In this document: positions 34,992 to 43,983 of the stretch, piece by piece
Position numbering within the stretch: position 1 is the stretch's first letter
How the letters are laid out: every line of letters begins with the position of its first letter
Virus record (IMG/VR): IMGVR_UViG_3300017707_001045
Coordinates: 1-43,983 of that record
Reading direction: 5' to 3' (one strand)
Length of the DNA: 43,983 bases
From: a virus
Taxonomy: Duplodnaviria > Caudoviricetes
The notes under the pieces: generated by a model
Databases searched by the model: none
The model's input: only the letters and a program-made list of their open reading frames with translations
Told to the model about the DNA's origin: nothing
Program-made: the position numbers and the translations under genes

Positions 34992-35266
34992 GCTTCAAAG
35001 CGCAAATGGCTGGCGAATATGGAGGAACTTGGATTCCTGCCGCTGCCGCAACGGTTACAGCAAGAACGGGAAACTATTGGAGCCGTCTTGAGTGCGTAGC
35101 GGATATTACCGTAACGGCTGTGGGAAGCTCTAACGCTGAGGGAACGCCTGGAACCGTTGTATGGAAAGCCGGGGCTGTTGTAGAGGGCCGATTTAATAGC
35201 ATCACAACTACGGCAGCAACAGCAGGCGGTTTGATTTGGGCCGTCTACGGACTTCCTAGGTCTTAA
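34988..35266 (+). CDS. Small beta-rich virion (decoration-like) protein
   Basis: Ala/Thr/Gly-rich; lies in the structural module. Confidence 0.55.
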   Translation: MSFKAQMAGEYGGTWIPAAAATVTARTGNYWSRLECVADITVTAVGSSNAEGTPGTVVWKAGAVVEGRFNSITTTAATAGGLIWAVYGLPRS

Positions 35267-35541
35267 TGGTTATGCTCAACCGTTTGGCGATGTATATGCC
35301 ATCAAACTCACTTGGATCTTTAGATATGGATGAACGAGAAATCTTACAAGTAGCAGTAGCCAGGATTGAAGAGCATCAACGGCACTTGCTTGAGAAGCTT
35401 TCTGATTTATCCGTCATGCTTAAAGATATTGATCGGCGTGTCATTGCGGTCGAAGAGTTCAAATGGAAAATCATTGGGATTGCCATTGCGGTTGGTGCTC
35501 TGGCTTCTGTTGTTACCAAGGTGCTTATTTCTAAGCTATGA
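35266..35541 (+). CDS. XhlA-like/holin-like membrane protein (start may be ATG 35326)
   Basis: Coiled coil VARIEE...IDRRVIAVEEFKWK plus a C-terminal TM helix. Confidence 0.6.
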   Translation: MVMLNRLAMYMPSNSLGSLDMDEREILQVAVARIEEHQRHLLEKLSDLSVMLKDIDRRVIAVEEFKWKIIGIAIAVGALASVVTKVLISKL

Positions 35542-35747
35542 GCGACTTCTCAAAGGCCCAACTGGAAAGCACAATTCGAGGTGCTGTTTACCTTTCGGCT
35601 GGTGCATGGATTGGGAAACACCCTGAGTTTAGCGGAGTAATTGAAGGATTGACAGTTGCGTTGATTGCCTACGTTACAACCTACTTGGACAACAAAAAGA
35701 AGAATCCTCCGACTGGCCCCGAGAAAGTCACGGTTACCCTGGGATGA
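35538..35747 (+). CDS. Putative two-TM holin
   Basis: Two hydrophobic segments and a basic C-terminal tail KKK. Confidence 0.5.
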   Translation: MSDFSKAQLESTIRGAVYLSAGAWIGKHPEFSGVIEGLTVALIAYVTTYLDNKKKNPPTGPEKVTVTLG

Positions 35748-36664
35748 AAACTGTCACTTACGCTAGTGTCCTGCAAAAGGCTGTAGAGCTTACAGGCCGT
35801 GTTTACCCTCCTACTAACGAGGAGGCTACCGTCTTTCGTGGGTTTATCTCTACGGCGCTACGTAAGATTTGGGAGAAGTTTCCTTGGCCTGAGACTGTTG
35901 CAGTTGAGAAGTTCTATTTTGCTACGTATCCAGAGAACGACGTTGATGTCGAATATCCTGCTGATACGGCTCTTTATAATCCATACGATGGTGAGTTTTA
36001 TAAGACCATCAAGGCTATCAGCTATGGTCAGATTCCTATCACTGATGCGTCTGGTGCTGTTGTAGAGGCTGGATGGTATGTCAAATGCACTGACATTGAC
36101 AGTGCGGCAAACTACGACAACACGCTTTCTTATGAGCCTGGCACGGTGGTTTATTTCCAGGAGAATGGACGCTATTACGCTGTAGGAAGCTCACCGACTA
36201 CTGCTGGCTATGGACCAACTAGTATCCTCAGCGAATACTGGGGAGAGGTTACCAAGTTTACTCGAGATGTTGACAAGCTTGAAGATGAGCTTGGTGCAGC
36301 CAGGACAAACGAGATTGGTGAGATTTGCCGAATCACCGTTGAAGATCCTCGCACCACAACCAATCTTACTCCGGTCAATTTCTATCTTATTGGGGACACG
36401 ATCCGAATCATCGATCCGTTGACTTATGTCTGGATTGAGTATCGGACTGTCCCTCCAAGTCTTACTTCAGATCCCGCTACCATTCCTTACCGGTTCTGTG
36501 AGTTTGTGGCGCAACATGCTGCCTCTCTAATGCTCCTGGTTGATGGTAAAGCCGATCTTGGAGCCGTATGGGCCGGTCTAGCAGAGACAACCCTGATGGA
36601 AGAATGTGACAAGGTTAATAGTCAGGAAGGTCAAACCAAACAGATCAACGTTCGTGTTCGCTAA
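35744..36664 (+). CDS. Head-tail adaptor (tail tubular protein A-like) with an inserted carbohydrate-binding-like module
   Basis: IWEKFPWP N-terminal motif, IPYRF C-terminal motif; insert YDNTLSYEPGTVVYF...YW. Confidence 0.65.
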   Translation: MKTVTYASVLQKAVELTGRVYPPTNEEATVFRGFISTALRKIWEKFPWPETVAVEKFYFATYPENDVDVEYPADTALYNPYDGEFYKTIKAISYGQIPITDASGAVVEAGWYVKCTDIDSAANYDNTLSYEPGTVVYFQENGRYYAVGSSPTTAGYGPTSILSEYWGEVTKFTRDVDKLEDELGAARTNEIGEICRITVEDPRTTTNLTPVNFYLIGDTIRIIDPLTYVWIEYRTVPPSLTSDPATIPYRFCEFVAQHAASLMLLVDGKADLGAVWAGLAETTLMEECDKVNSQEGQTKQINVRVR

Positions 36665-39484
36665 ATGGCAGACGCACCTAGAGTTTATGACTCAGATGAA
36701 AAGTTCCTCGGTGTTGTTAACCGAGTGGATAGCTCTAATCTTGAGCCTGGATTTGTATCTAAAGCTATCAATCGTCTCTTTGACAGGTCTGTTATCAAGA
36801 ATCGTTGGGGTGTAATCCGTCCTAACTGGGGAGGGAAATACACATCTGATTATCGGACTGTAACGGCCAGTTCTACTAGCCTGGTTGTCCCTGTTGTCTC
36901 TGGCAACGCGATTCCTTCAGGTTCTCAGATTTACAGCGATCCTAGTATTTCTTCGATTGGGTCTGTTGTGGTTACAGCTCGAGGGAGCGGATACACCAAT
37001 GGGATTGGCTATAGCCTTGGTATCTCTGGAGGTGGTGGGAGTGGTGCCGCTGGGACATTTGTAGTGTCTGACGGTGGGATTGCATCTGTAACTATCACTG
37101 ATGTGGGCTCTGGGTATACCACGATTCCCACGTTTTCGTTTAGTTCTGCTGGTGCTGGATCAGGTCAAACGCTTGCGGTGACTCTTAACCAGCAATACGT
37201 ATACGCCAATGGAACAAGGGCCATCTCTGATGATGGAACTAACGTCACGTTAAGCGCCACAAGCATTGATTGGAACAACTCAGCTAGGCTTTACTACTTC
37301 GATGGCATTGAAGCCATTGAAGACATCGTCGGAATCCTAACCTATAGGGAGCCTGTTTCCGGGTTGGAAATCCTTCTAGTGGCTTCAAATGAGGCTAGGT
37401 CTGACGGTGGTCAAGGGACTGTTTACGTCATCCGTCCAGGCCAAACCCATAGCTCTATCTACACCGGGGAATCGTTTGATTCTGTGCCGATGAATGGGCA
37501 CGACTTCTATGGGCCTGTTAACATGGTCCAGTGTGGTGATGGAGTTATTCTGCTTAGAAGTGGTTTGGTTAGGTATTACTTCAAAGGTCTTAGCGCAATC
37601 GATGAGGCTAACGACAGAATCACACTGAGTGTTGAGCCAACCGAGATTCAGACTGGAGATAAGGTCTTGCTGGTTGGATTGAATGAGGGGAATGCAAACC
37701 TTGGAGCGGCTGAAGGTGGCAAGGTCTATTACGCTCGAAGCATTGCAGCGTCTAACGACATAGAGCTTTACGACACCCAGCAGAACGCCGAGAACTCTTC
37801 TACTACTACAGGCAGGGTTGAGATCACTGCCACAAGCGATGATTACCGCTTTTACTTGAGCGTTGTAGATCCTAAGAACTTCTGGACGCACCAACAGCAG
37901 AGCAATGTAGTGGTTGCCAATCCTAATGTTGATTCGCCTCCGTTGATCATGCAGGCGTCTGAGACGTTGGCTAATCCTATCAGCGTCGGGTTTGATGTTC
38001 TTGGAACCGTCTCTGTAACGTCTGTAGATACAACCACGGGCTTGTTTACTTGCGAGAATCACAGGCTTGTGCCTGGTGATGGTGTTAGCTTCATAAACAA
38101 GTCTGGGATGGATACTAAGATTCTGGAGCCTTCTGTTGATGATGCAGGCAACAGGATTGAGCAGGTCTATTACGTATACCCTGAAGACCCGAATTCGTTC
38201 TATGTCTACAGGTCAATTGATGATGCTCTAGCCAATACTGAGAGCGATAGGATTATCCCAACTGCTACAGGCACAGCAGACATAGCTAAGAGCGGTGTTA
38301 GTGGTGGACCGATGCCTAATTGCCGGGAGGCTTTATACTTTGGCAATCGTGTATTTGGCGTCTATGGGCCTGACTTCATTGCCATCAGCGACATCTTAAA
38401 CCCTCTGGTTTACCTTCCATTGCAGAATGAGTTCAGGTTGAACTCAGGAACTAATGATAGAGTTGTAGCAATTTACCCTTTCAATGAGTCAACCATCATC
38501 GTCTTTAAGCAAAGATCAGTCCTTGCGATTGCAAACACCACTGGTGACTTGGACGGTGTAAGGCTTATTGAGATCACTAGGGATTACGGTTGCGTTGCAG
38601 CTAAGAGCATTTCTTCAACTGGATCTGACATCGTTTGGCTTAGTCAGCGTGGGGTTGTCAGCCTTAAGCAGACAGAATACGGACTCACTCAATCTGTAGT
38701 GGTTCCTTTGTCTGATCCTATCCAGGCGACGATTGACCGGATTGATTGGGCAAATGCTTCAGGTGCTTGCGCTGCATATCATGATAACAAGTATATCCTG
38801 AGCGTTCCTGTGGGCGATGGAGACGGAACTAATCAGCTAACGATTGCCTACAACTTCCTTAATCAAGCATGGGATGGGGAATGGAGCGGTGATTACCTTG
38901 TCCCTCGATTCTTTGAAAGGTTAGATGTCAATGGAACTACTCGCCTTGTGTTTGCTGATGAGTCTGGGTTTGTGCATTTCTTTGATCCTCTATCGTACAA
39001 GGACAGGATCGAGGGCGGCCAAGCAATCGACATTGCAACGGAAGTGGAAACCAGAGGGTATACTTGCGGAACAAAGGAACACAAGCAATGGACCGAATCA
39101 AAGATGGCCATTGCCACATGGGACCCAGAATACGCGATTGATTCAGTCTTGGACGATTACAACGCCATTTCAGAACTCAAGCCATACACCACTAAGAGTC
39201 GAACGGATTATTACACATATGGAACAGCCGATTACGATGTTACCAATGTGAATGATGACTTCAACTTACCCAATCGTGAGGACTACTCGATTGTTCCTGG
39301 ATTCATTCCAGGCGTTAACGGTGTGAGGTTTGGGGTTAAGCAAACCATTGTTGAGAAGACTAGGCCTAGGGGTCATTCGTCAGCAATTCGCATCAAGTTC
39401 ACAACCTCTCACGGTTCGGTAGATATCAAGTCAAGCTTTGTGGCTGGTATACCGTTCAGGCAGTTCGGCTCAACAGACAATTAA
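36665..39484 (+). CDS. Tail nozzle (tail tubular protein B / P22 gp10-like) with inserted domains
   Basis: 939 aa; beta-propeller-like C-half (GCVAAKSI, IVWLSQRGV, PLSDPI); GSGY repeats and an HRLVPGDGV insert. Confidence 0.75.
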   Translation: MADAPRVYDSDEKFLGVVNRVDSSNLEPGFVSKAINRLFDRSVIKNRWGVIRPNWGGKYTSDYRTVTASSTSLVVPVVSGNAIPSGSQIYSDPSISSIGSVVVTARGSGYTNGIGYSLGISGGGGSGAAGTFVVSDGGIASVTITDVGSGYTTIPTFSFSSAGAGSGQTLAVTLNQQYVYANGTRAISDDGTNVTLSATSIDWNNSARLYYFDGIEAIEDIVGILTYREPVSGLEILLVASNEARSDGGQGTVYVIRPGQTHSSIYTGESFDSVPMNGHDFYGPVNMVQCGDGVILLRSGLVRYYFKGLSAIDEANDRITLSVEPTEIQTGDKVLLVGLNEGNANLGAAEGGKVYYARSIAASNDIELYDTQQNAENSSTTTGRVEITATSDDYRFYLSVVDPKNFWTHQQQSNVVVANPNVDSPPLIMQASETLANPISVGFDVLGTVSVTSVDTTTGLFTCENHRLVPGDGVSFINKSGMDTKILEPSVDDAGNRIEQVYYVYPEDPNSFYVYRSIDDALANTESDRIIPTATGTADIAKSGVSGGPMPNCREALYFGNRVFGVYGPDFIAISDILNPLVYLPLQNEFRLNSGTNDRVVAIYPFNESTIIVFKQRSVLAIANTTGDLDGVRLIEITRDYGCVAAKSISSTGSDIVWLSQRGVVSLKQTEYGLTQSVVVPLSDPIQATIDRIDWANASGACAAYHDNKYILSVPVGDGDGTNQLTIAYNFLNQAWDGEWSGDYLVPRFFERLDVNGTTRLVFADESGFVHFFDPLSYKDRIEGGQAIDIATEVETRGYTCGTKEHKQWTESKMAIATWDPEYAIDSVLDDYNAISELKPYTTKSRTDYYTYGTADYDVTNVNDDFNLPNREDYSIVPGFIPGVNGVRFGVKQTIVEKTRPRGHSSAIRIKFTTSHGSVDIKSSFVAGIPFRQFGSTDN

Positions 39485-39486
39485 AT

Positions 39487-40839
39487 ATGCCACTTTACGT
39501 TAACGTCACTCCGACATTGCAAGTAACGGATGAAACCGTAATGGACCCGGCTGCATTGAATCAGCTAGGGACTCCTACGGTATCAATCACCGGAACACTA
39601 GACGGTTCATCTTCTGTTTCTGTAGGGGCTGGGACGATTAGCAATACAGAGCTGGCGAACATGACCGCTCAGACGGTTAAGGGTAATCCTGGTTCGTCTG
39701 GATCTAGTGCCCCCCAAGATGTTCCCCTTGGTGGAACGCTTATCATGACCGGCGGAGAGCTGAAGGTTAAGGATGCTTCAATCGACACAACTCAGCTCAA
39801 GAGCACCGCTACGGTTGCGGCTGGAGCTATTGCTGATGTTAACATCGCTGGGGGGACCATTGGGCCTAATAAGCTTAAGGTTCAAGCTGCGCTAACGCTT
39901 CTAGGAAATGGCGGTGACACTGCTAGTGCGGCTCCAGAGCCTATTCTGATTGGTTCTGGGTTGTCTGTTACCAATGCTGATGAGAAGGCTACAACTACCA
40001 GGGCTAGGGATGGAAGTAATGTTGCGACCATTGGATGCACCGGGCATGGCTACTCGGTAAGCGATAAGGTCAACGTAACCGGAATGACAGATACGTCATT
40101 CAATGCCTATGGTGCCACTATCCTTTCAGTTGCCACTGATTCATTCACCTATGCAAATGTAGGATCAACCGTTTCCTCTGGCGCTGATACAGGTGGAAAG
40201 GTTCGAAGGATTCAACTTGCCGCAGGCACTCCTACATCTACGATTTCATCTGTTGGCTTTGTTAAAGCATTTTGCACATTTAATGGGGGCGTAAGCGGCG
40301 GCGGGGTTAATCTAAACGCATTAACATATACTTGGTCAGGAGGATACCCTAACGTTGTTACGTCTAGTTCCGCTCATGGGCTAACAACAGGAGAGTACGT
40401 AAGTGTTTTAAGCTCTTCTCCTCCCGCTTCATCTGGAGGAATTTCAGCTATTACATCATCTGTTACGGTTTTAAGCCCCACAACGTTTAGTTTTCTTTCT
40501 GGTTCTGTAGGAGGTGGAACTCTGGTTCTTGGTCCGTTTGTTTATTCTGGGTCTTATAATTTTTCTTCTGTTGTAACAAGAAACGGAGTAGGAGACTACA
40601 CGCTTACTTTTGCAAATCCACTAAGCATGGGGTCCAATGGAAGATATTGCGTTCAGATTGAAACCGGAATTCTAGACGTATCTTCTGGAAATAACATAAG
40701 CGCAGGTGGTGCCCTTTATGGAAGGGCTGGGGCGTGGATATCGGATTCACAAGTAAGAATTAACACAGGAAGCAAATCTTCTGGGGCTCCTTTTGATCTT
40801 AATTCTATTTGTGTTTCTGTTTTAGGAAACCCCTCATGA
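39487..40839 (+). CDS. Tail fibre protein
   Basis: LNQLGTPTV N-anchor; HGYSVSDKV/HGLTTGEYV repeats; VKAFCTFNG...SVVTRNGVGDYTLTF C-terminal domain. Confidence 0.75.
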   Translation: MPLYVNVTPTLQVTDETVMDPAALNQLGTPTVSITGTLDGSSSVSVGAGTISNTELANMTAQTVKGNPGSSGSSAPQDVPLGGTLIMTGGELKVKDASIDTTQLKSTATVAAGAIADVNIAGGTIGPNKLKVQAALTLLGNGGDTASAAPEPILIGSGLSVTNADEKATTTRARDGSNVATIGCTGHGYSVSDKVNVTGMTDTSFNAYGATILSVATDSFTYANVGSTVSSGADTGGKVRRIQLAAGTPTSTISSVGFVKAFCTFNGGVSGGGVNLNALTYTWSGGYPNVVTSSSAHGLTTGEYVSVLSSSPPASSGGISAITSSVTVLSPTTFSFLSGSVGGGTLVLGPFVYSGSYNFSSVVTRNGVGDYTLTFANPLSMGSNGRYCVQIETGILDVSSGNNISAGGALYGRAGAWISDSQVRINTGSKSSGAPFDLNSICVSVLGNPS

Positions 40840-41258
40840 ACCTAGTCACCTCCATTCATGATTACATACGCCTTCGAGGTGGTAAATACTTCGAGGGTTG
40901 GACTAGGGAAGCCCTTGAAGACAAGATCGAGTTTCACCTGAGAGAGAATACCATCTCAGTTGCTGTAAATGACACTGGTGATGTGTGTGGGGTGTTGATT
41001 GGTTGGTGTCAGAATGACAGTGATTACATTCCCTGGAAGTGGCAGCATAATGATATCAATGGAGATCATTGGTGGATCGACCAATTCATGGCTGACTCTC
41101 CTAGTGTTGCGGCTCAGTTAGCTGTGAACTTTGCAGAGAAATGGCCTCAGGTTGCGACCATGCCAACAACTAGGCATCGGAAGGGTAAGCTAAGGGTCAA
41201 TCCTCCTGGCTATTTGTTCAGGATTTACGAGAAAGCAGAGAAACTTTATGGGAACTAG
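40836..41258 (+). CDS. GNAT-fold-like protein (position of T7 gp13-like genes)
   Basis: ~140 aa, WWIDQFMA; lies between the tail genes and the ejection genes. Confidence 0.45.
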   Translation: MNLVTSIHDYIRLRGGKYFEGWTREALEDKIEFHLRENTISVAVNDTGDVCGVLIGWCQNDSDYIPWKWQHNDINGDHWWIDQFMADSPSVAAQLAVNFAEKWPQVATMPTTRHRKGKLRVNPPGYLFRIYEKAEKLYGN

Positions 41259-42126
41259 CGTCCAATATCAGCCACAGCCTAGCTACTCAACGCAGATGTC
41301 GGATACTCTGCTAGCTCAAGCGCAGATGGAATCCGGCACAGGTAAGTTTGCCAAGGTTGGCCCTCGCATTGATCTGGAGAGGAAATACGCGCCACAGTAT
41401 CAGCAGCTCCAAATGGACATGCTTAAGCAGTCCTTGCCTGATATCTTGAAAATGTATAACGACCAGATCAGTCCCGCCATGGCTAATGCTGAGAATGCCA
41501 GTCGGATGATTTCTAGGACTGGTGACATTCAGAGCATTGAACAGCTAGGAGGTAGGGCTAGGGCTGCATTGGCAGGCGCTAACCCAGATCAGGCTAAGCT
41601 AGTCGATACCATGACTAAGCAGGCTAATGCTGGCATGGCTGCTGGTTCGATGCTAACTCCAGAACAGAGGCGAGCCATTGAGCAGGATGTCAGGGCGTCA
41701 TTCTCATCCAGGGGGCTTGCGATGAGTCCTGGAGCTGGCGTGCAAGAGGTGGTAAGGTCTCAGCTTGCAGGTATGGGAATGCAGCAACAGAGGCAGCAAA
41801 TGGGCGGCCAGGCTCTAGCGGCTAGTCAGGCGTTTTACGGTGACCCTTTCCAGCAGATCTTAGGGCGACCTTCTCAGGCGTTTGGTGCTGGTGGATCTGT
41901 ATTAGGTCAAGCTGGCGGGATGAATCCAGGAGCGATCTTTAACCCTGAGAGCAATCTTGCTTCGAACATCTATAACAGCAATTCACAGGGGCAGAACGCT
42001 GCGAACATTGCTAATGCGTCTAACTCTAGTGGGCTATTCGGGAGCTTCCTTGGGCTTGGTGGCAAGATGCTAGGGGCCTCAACCGGTGGTGGTGGGTCTA
42101 TATTCTCAAAAATCTTAGGACTCTAA
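41248..42126 (+). CDS. Internal virion/ejection protein 1
   Basis: Gln/Ala/Met-rich helical protein; SSRGL; Gly-rich hydrophobic C-terminus. Confidence 0.65.
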   Translation: MGTSVQYQPQPSYSTQMSDTLLAQAQMESGTGKFAKVGPRIDLERKYAPQYQQLQMDMLKQSLPDILKMYNDQISPAMANAENASRMISRTGDIQSIEQLGGRARAALAGANPDQAKLVDTMTKQANAGMAAGSMLTPEQRRAIEQDVRASFSSRGLAMSPGAGVQEVVRSQLAGMGMQQQRQQMGGQALAASQAFYGDPFQQILGRPSQAFGAGGSVLGQAGGMNPGAIFNPESNLASNIYNSNSQGQNAANIANASNSSGLFGSFLGLGGKMLGASTGGGGSIFSKILGL

Positions 42127-42127
42127 T

Positions 42128-43480
42128 ATGGCAGGATACCAATACAGCACTCCTTTTCAGGGATTCAGCCAGGGCTTGCCCGCTGGATACATGCAGGCTG
42201 CTACCGATCCAGGCCGTAACATCGCTGCTGGGATTAATAGCTTCGGTGATTCCATGGTGAATGCCTTGGAGAGGTATTCTGCCAAGAAAGAGGAATCTGA
42301 TTACACAGATCAGAAGAATGCCGACATGTTCCAGATGATCCAGCAGATTGCGCAGGGTGGAAACATCATGGATGCTAAGAGCCCTGAAAGTCAGCTCATC
42401 AAGAGCGTGATGGGGTTCACTGGTCAGAAGGACATGGATAAGCTTGGAGAGTATGCAATCAACTCTACCGGGTTGAACCTTGCCAAGAAGAAAGCCCTAG
42501 CTCACGACCTAGAGTTTGCTTTGTCTCGGTATGATACCAACCGTACAAAGGATGCTGAGATTCAGTATCGGACGGCGGTTACTAAGCAGATGGAGCAGGA
42601 ATATGGCATCAAGCAGGAAGCCATCGACCGTCAGCGTGCAATGCCTGGAATGATTGGAAAGATCATTGATGCGCCAACGACTGAGAACCTTCCAGGCGGA
42701 AGCGTTTCTGTGGATGGCGGAGAGTCTAATAGCTTCCCTCCTGAAACGGTTCCTATCCCTAAATCACAACAGATCATCAATGCTACAAAGTTGCTGACTA
42801 ATGCAGGATACAATCCTGATCCTGAGATGATTGACAGGTTGGTGTCTCTTAAGAATCCGGTCACTCCTCAGGTTGCTCCTGGAATGGTTGCAGACACCCA
42901 GACGGTTGAGCTTCCTGGTTATGGAAAGATGACGTTTAAGAACCTTGAGCTTGAGAAGGCTGCTCAACAGGCCAAGTATGATCAAGAGCTTGCCTTGGCT
43001 AACATTAAGAACCAACCAGAGGTTGATGCCAGAACGATCACGCTTCCTACCGGAGCTAGTGCATTGGCTCCAAGCGCAACGGCTGCTAAAGAGTTGCGTG
43101 AGGTAATCACCAGCTCGCAAAACAGTCTTCAGAACATTCAAGAGCTTGAGGCGTTCACAAAGAAGGCTCTGGGTGGTTCGCTATCTCTTCAAGATCGAGG
43201 CAATGCCAGTGTGATTGCAAACTCGCTTAAGGGTAATCTTCGGCTTGTGATTATTGGTCCTGGCGCCGTATCTGACAGCGAGCGCAAAATCCTAGATTCA
43301 GTGGTGGCTAACCCAACCTCACTTTTGTCTCTTACTGACAATAACAAGTCGAAGCTGGAAGAGCTTAAGGGGATCATTAATCGGTCCATGACCAACCATC
43401 TTAAGGCTAACGGAATCACTCCGCCATCTGAGGCTGGAAAAGTTAGACGCTACAACCCAGCTACTAAAAGGGTCGAATGA
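42128..43480 (+). CDS. Internal virion/ejection protein 2
   Basis: Helical; GPGAVSDSERKIL motif; C-terminal RRYNPATKRVE. Confidence 0.65.
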   Translation: MAGYQYSTPFQGFSQGLPAGYMQAATDPGRNIAAGINSFGDSMVNALERYSAKKEESDYTDQKNADMFQMIQQIAQGGNIMDAKSPESQLIKSVMGFTGQKDMDKLGEYAINSTGLNLAKKKALAHDLEFALSRYDTNRTKDAEIQYRTAVTKQMEQEYGIKQEAIDRQRAMPGMIGKIIDAPTTENLPGGSVSVDGGESNSFPPETVPIPKSQQIINATKLLTNAGYNPDPEMIDRLVSLKNPVTPQVAPGMVADTQTVELPGYGKMTFKNLELEKAAQQAKYDQELALANIKNQPEVDARTITLPTGASALAPSATAAKELREVITSSQNSLQNIQELEAFTKKALGGSLSLQDRGNASVIANSLKGNLRLVIIGPGAVSDSERKILDSVVANPTSLLSLTDNNKSKLEELKGIINRSMTNHLKANGITPPSEAGKVRRYNPATKRVE

Positions 43481-43983
43481 TCATTGAGGTAAGAGACGGA
43501 ACACAAGTTGAGTTTCCTGATGATACTCCAGAAGAGGAGATAAATAGGGCTCTGGCTGAAGCTTTCCCACCTCAAGCTGAGGACATCGCGGCCCAGTTAA
43601 AGGCTGATCCTGATTATGTTCCTTCTAAGGCTGATTATGCTCTCTTTGAGGGATGGAAGGATGAGAACGCTAGCGGTTTTATATCTGGAGCAATCGAAGC
43701 GGTTCCTGAGCTGGTAGGTAAAGCGGGTAGAGGGCTTGCGGGTATCCTTGATGTTACGAGCTGGTTTGAGAATGGAACCAATCCCCTGGCAACCATTGGA
43801 GAATCAGGAGCACAAGGAACGGCTCAGCTCTATGGCTTGCTAGCTCAATCAGCCAACCCTAACAGTCCTGCCTTTTACTTTAAGGATCTGATCACTGGGG
43901 ATGGAACCTTAGACAGTCGCTATGATCAATTCCTAGAGGCTAGGAAGTTCCAAAAGAAGCTCCAGGATTATGAGACTGGTAAG
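43477..43983 (+). CDS. 5' part of the large ejection protein (continues to 2694)
   Basis: ATG 43477 overlaps TGA 43478-43480; MIIEVRDGTQVEFPDDTPEEEINRAL; frame open to the end of the window and in phase with base 1. Confidence 0.85.
   Translation, partial: MIIEVRDGTQVEFPDDTPEEEINRALAEAFPPQAEDIAAQLKADPDYVPSKADYALFEGWKDENASGFISGAIEAVPELVGKAGRGLAGILDVTSWFENGTNPLATIGESGAQGTAQLYGLLAQSANPNSPAFYFKDLITGDGTLDSRYDQFLEARKFQKKLQDYETGK
43861..43983. repeat. Exact 123-bp terminal overlap (copy 2)
   Basis: Identical to 1-123. Confidence 0.97.

Noticed and set aside
1-43983. Stop-codon reassignment
   Set aside because: Long genes are intact in code 11, TAA, TAG and TGA all end genes, and there is no suppressor anticodon.
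1-43983. CRISPR array, diversity-generating retroelement, retron, integrase/att site, IS element
   Set aside because: No spaced repeat array, no reverse transcriptase (YxDD) ORF, no TR/VR pair, and no recombinase or transposase motifs seen.

Overview
This window is a complete, circularly closed dsDNA tailed-phage genome. Bases 1-123 are repeated exactly at 43861-43983, giving a 43,860-bp unit, and a ~1025-aa ejection protein reads through the join. Gene order is podovirus-like: terS?-terL-portal-[SAM methyltransferase, GT-A glycosyltransferase]-scaffold-DUF5309/SU10-like major capsid-holin-like genes-adaptor-nozzle-fibre-three internal virion proteins, then a repeat protein, a tailspike-like protein and a second fibre. 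An early/middle region of about 45 small genes includes an RHH and an XRE regulator, a lysozyme-like protein, an SSAP-like recombinase with a DnaQ-like exonuclease, a MazG-like NTP-PPase, an ASCH-like protein, VRR-NUC, an adenine/cytosine DNA methyltransferase, a truncated replication-initiator-like protein and an HNH-AP2 endonuclease. I recognise no integrase, DNA polymerase, primase or helicase. The host is unknown; a Verrucomicrobiota-like diderm is a tentative inference. The most unusual elements are: (1) a promoter-driven ~370-nt non-coding region (16401-16771) with two predicted pseudoknots, lying between the initiator fragment and the HNH gene; (2) a tRNA-like gene with an AUG anticodon but no His identity elements, inside a cluster of RNA hairpins; (3) three beta-helix/FN3 proteins with Sec-type signal peptides, one of them in the tail module; (4) a G6AG5 tract at a GC-skew switch next to terS. 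All calls come from motif recognition by eye; no database searches were run.
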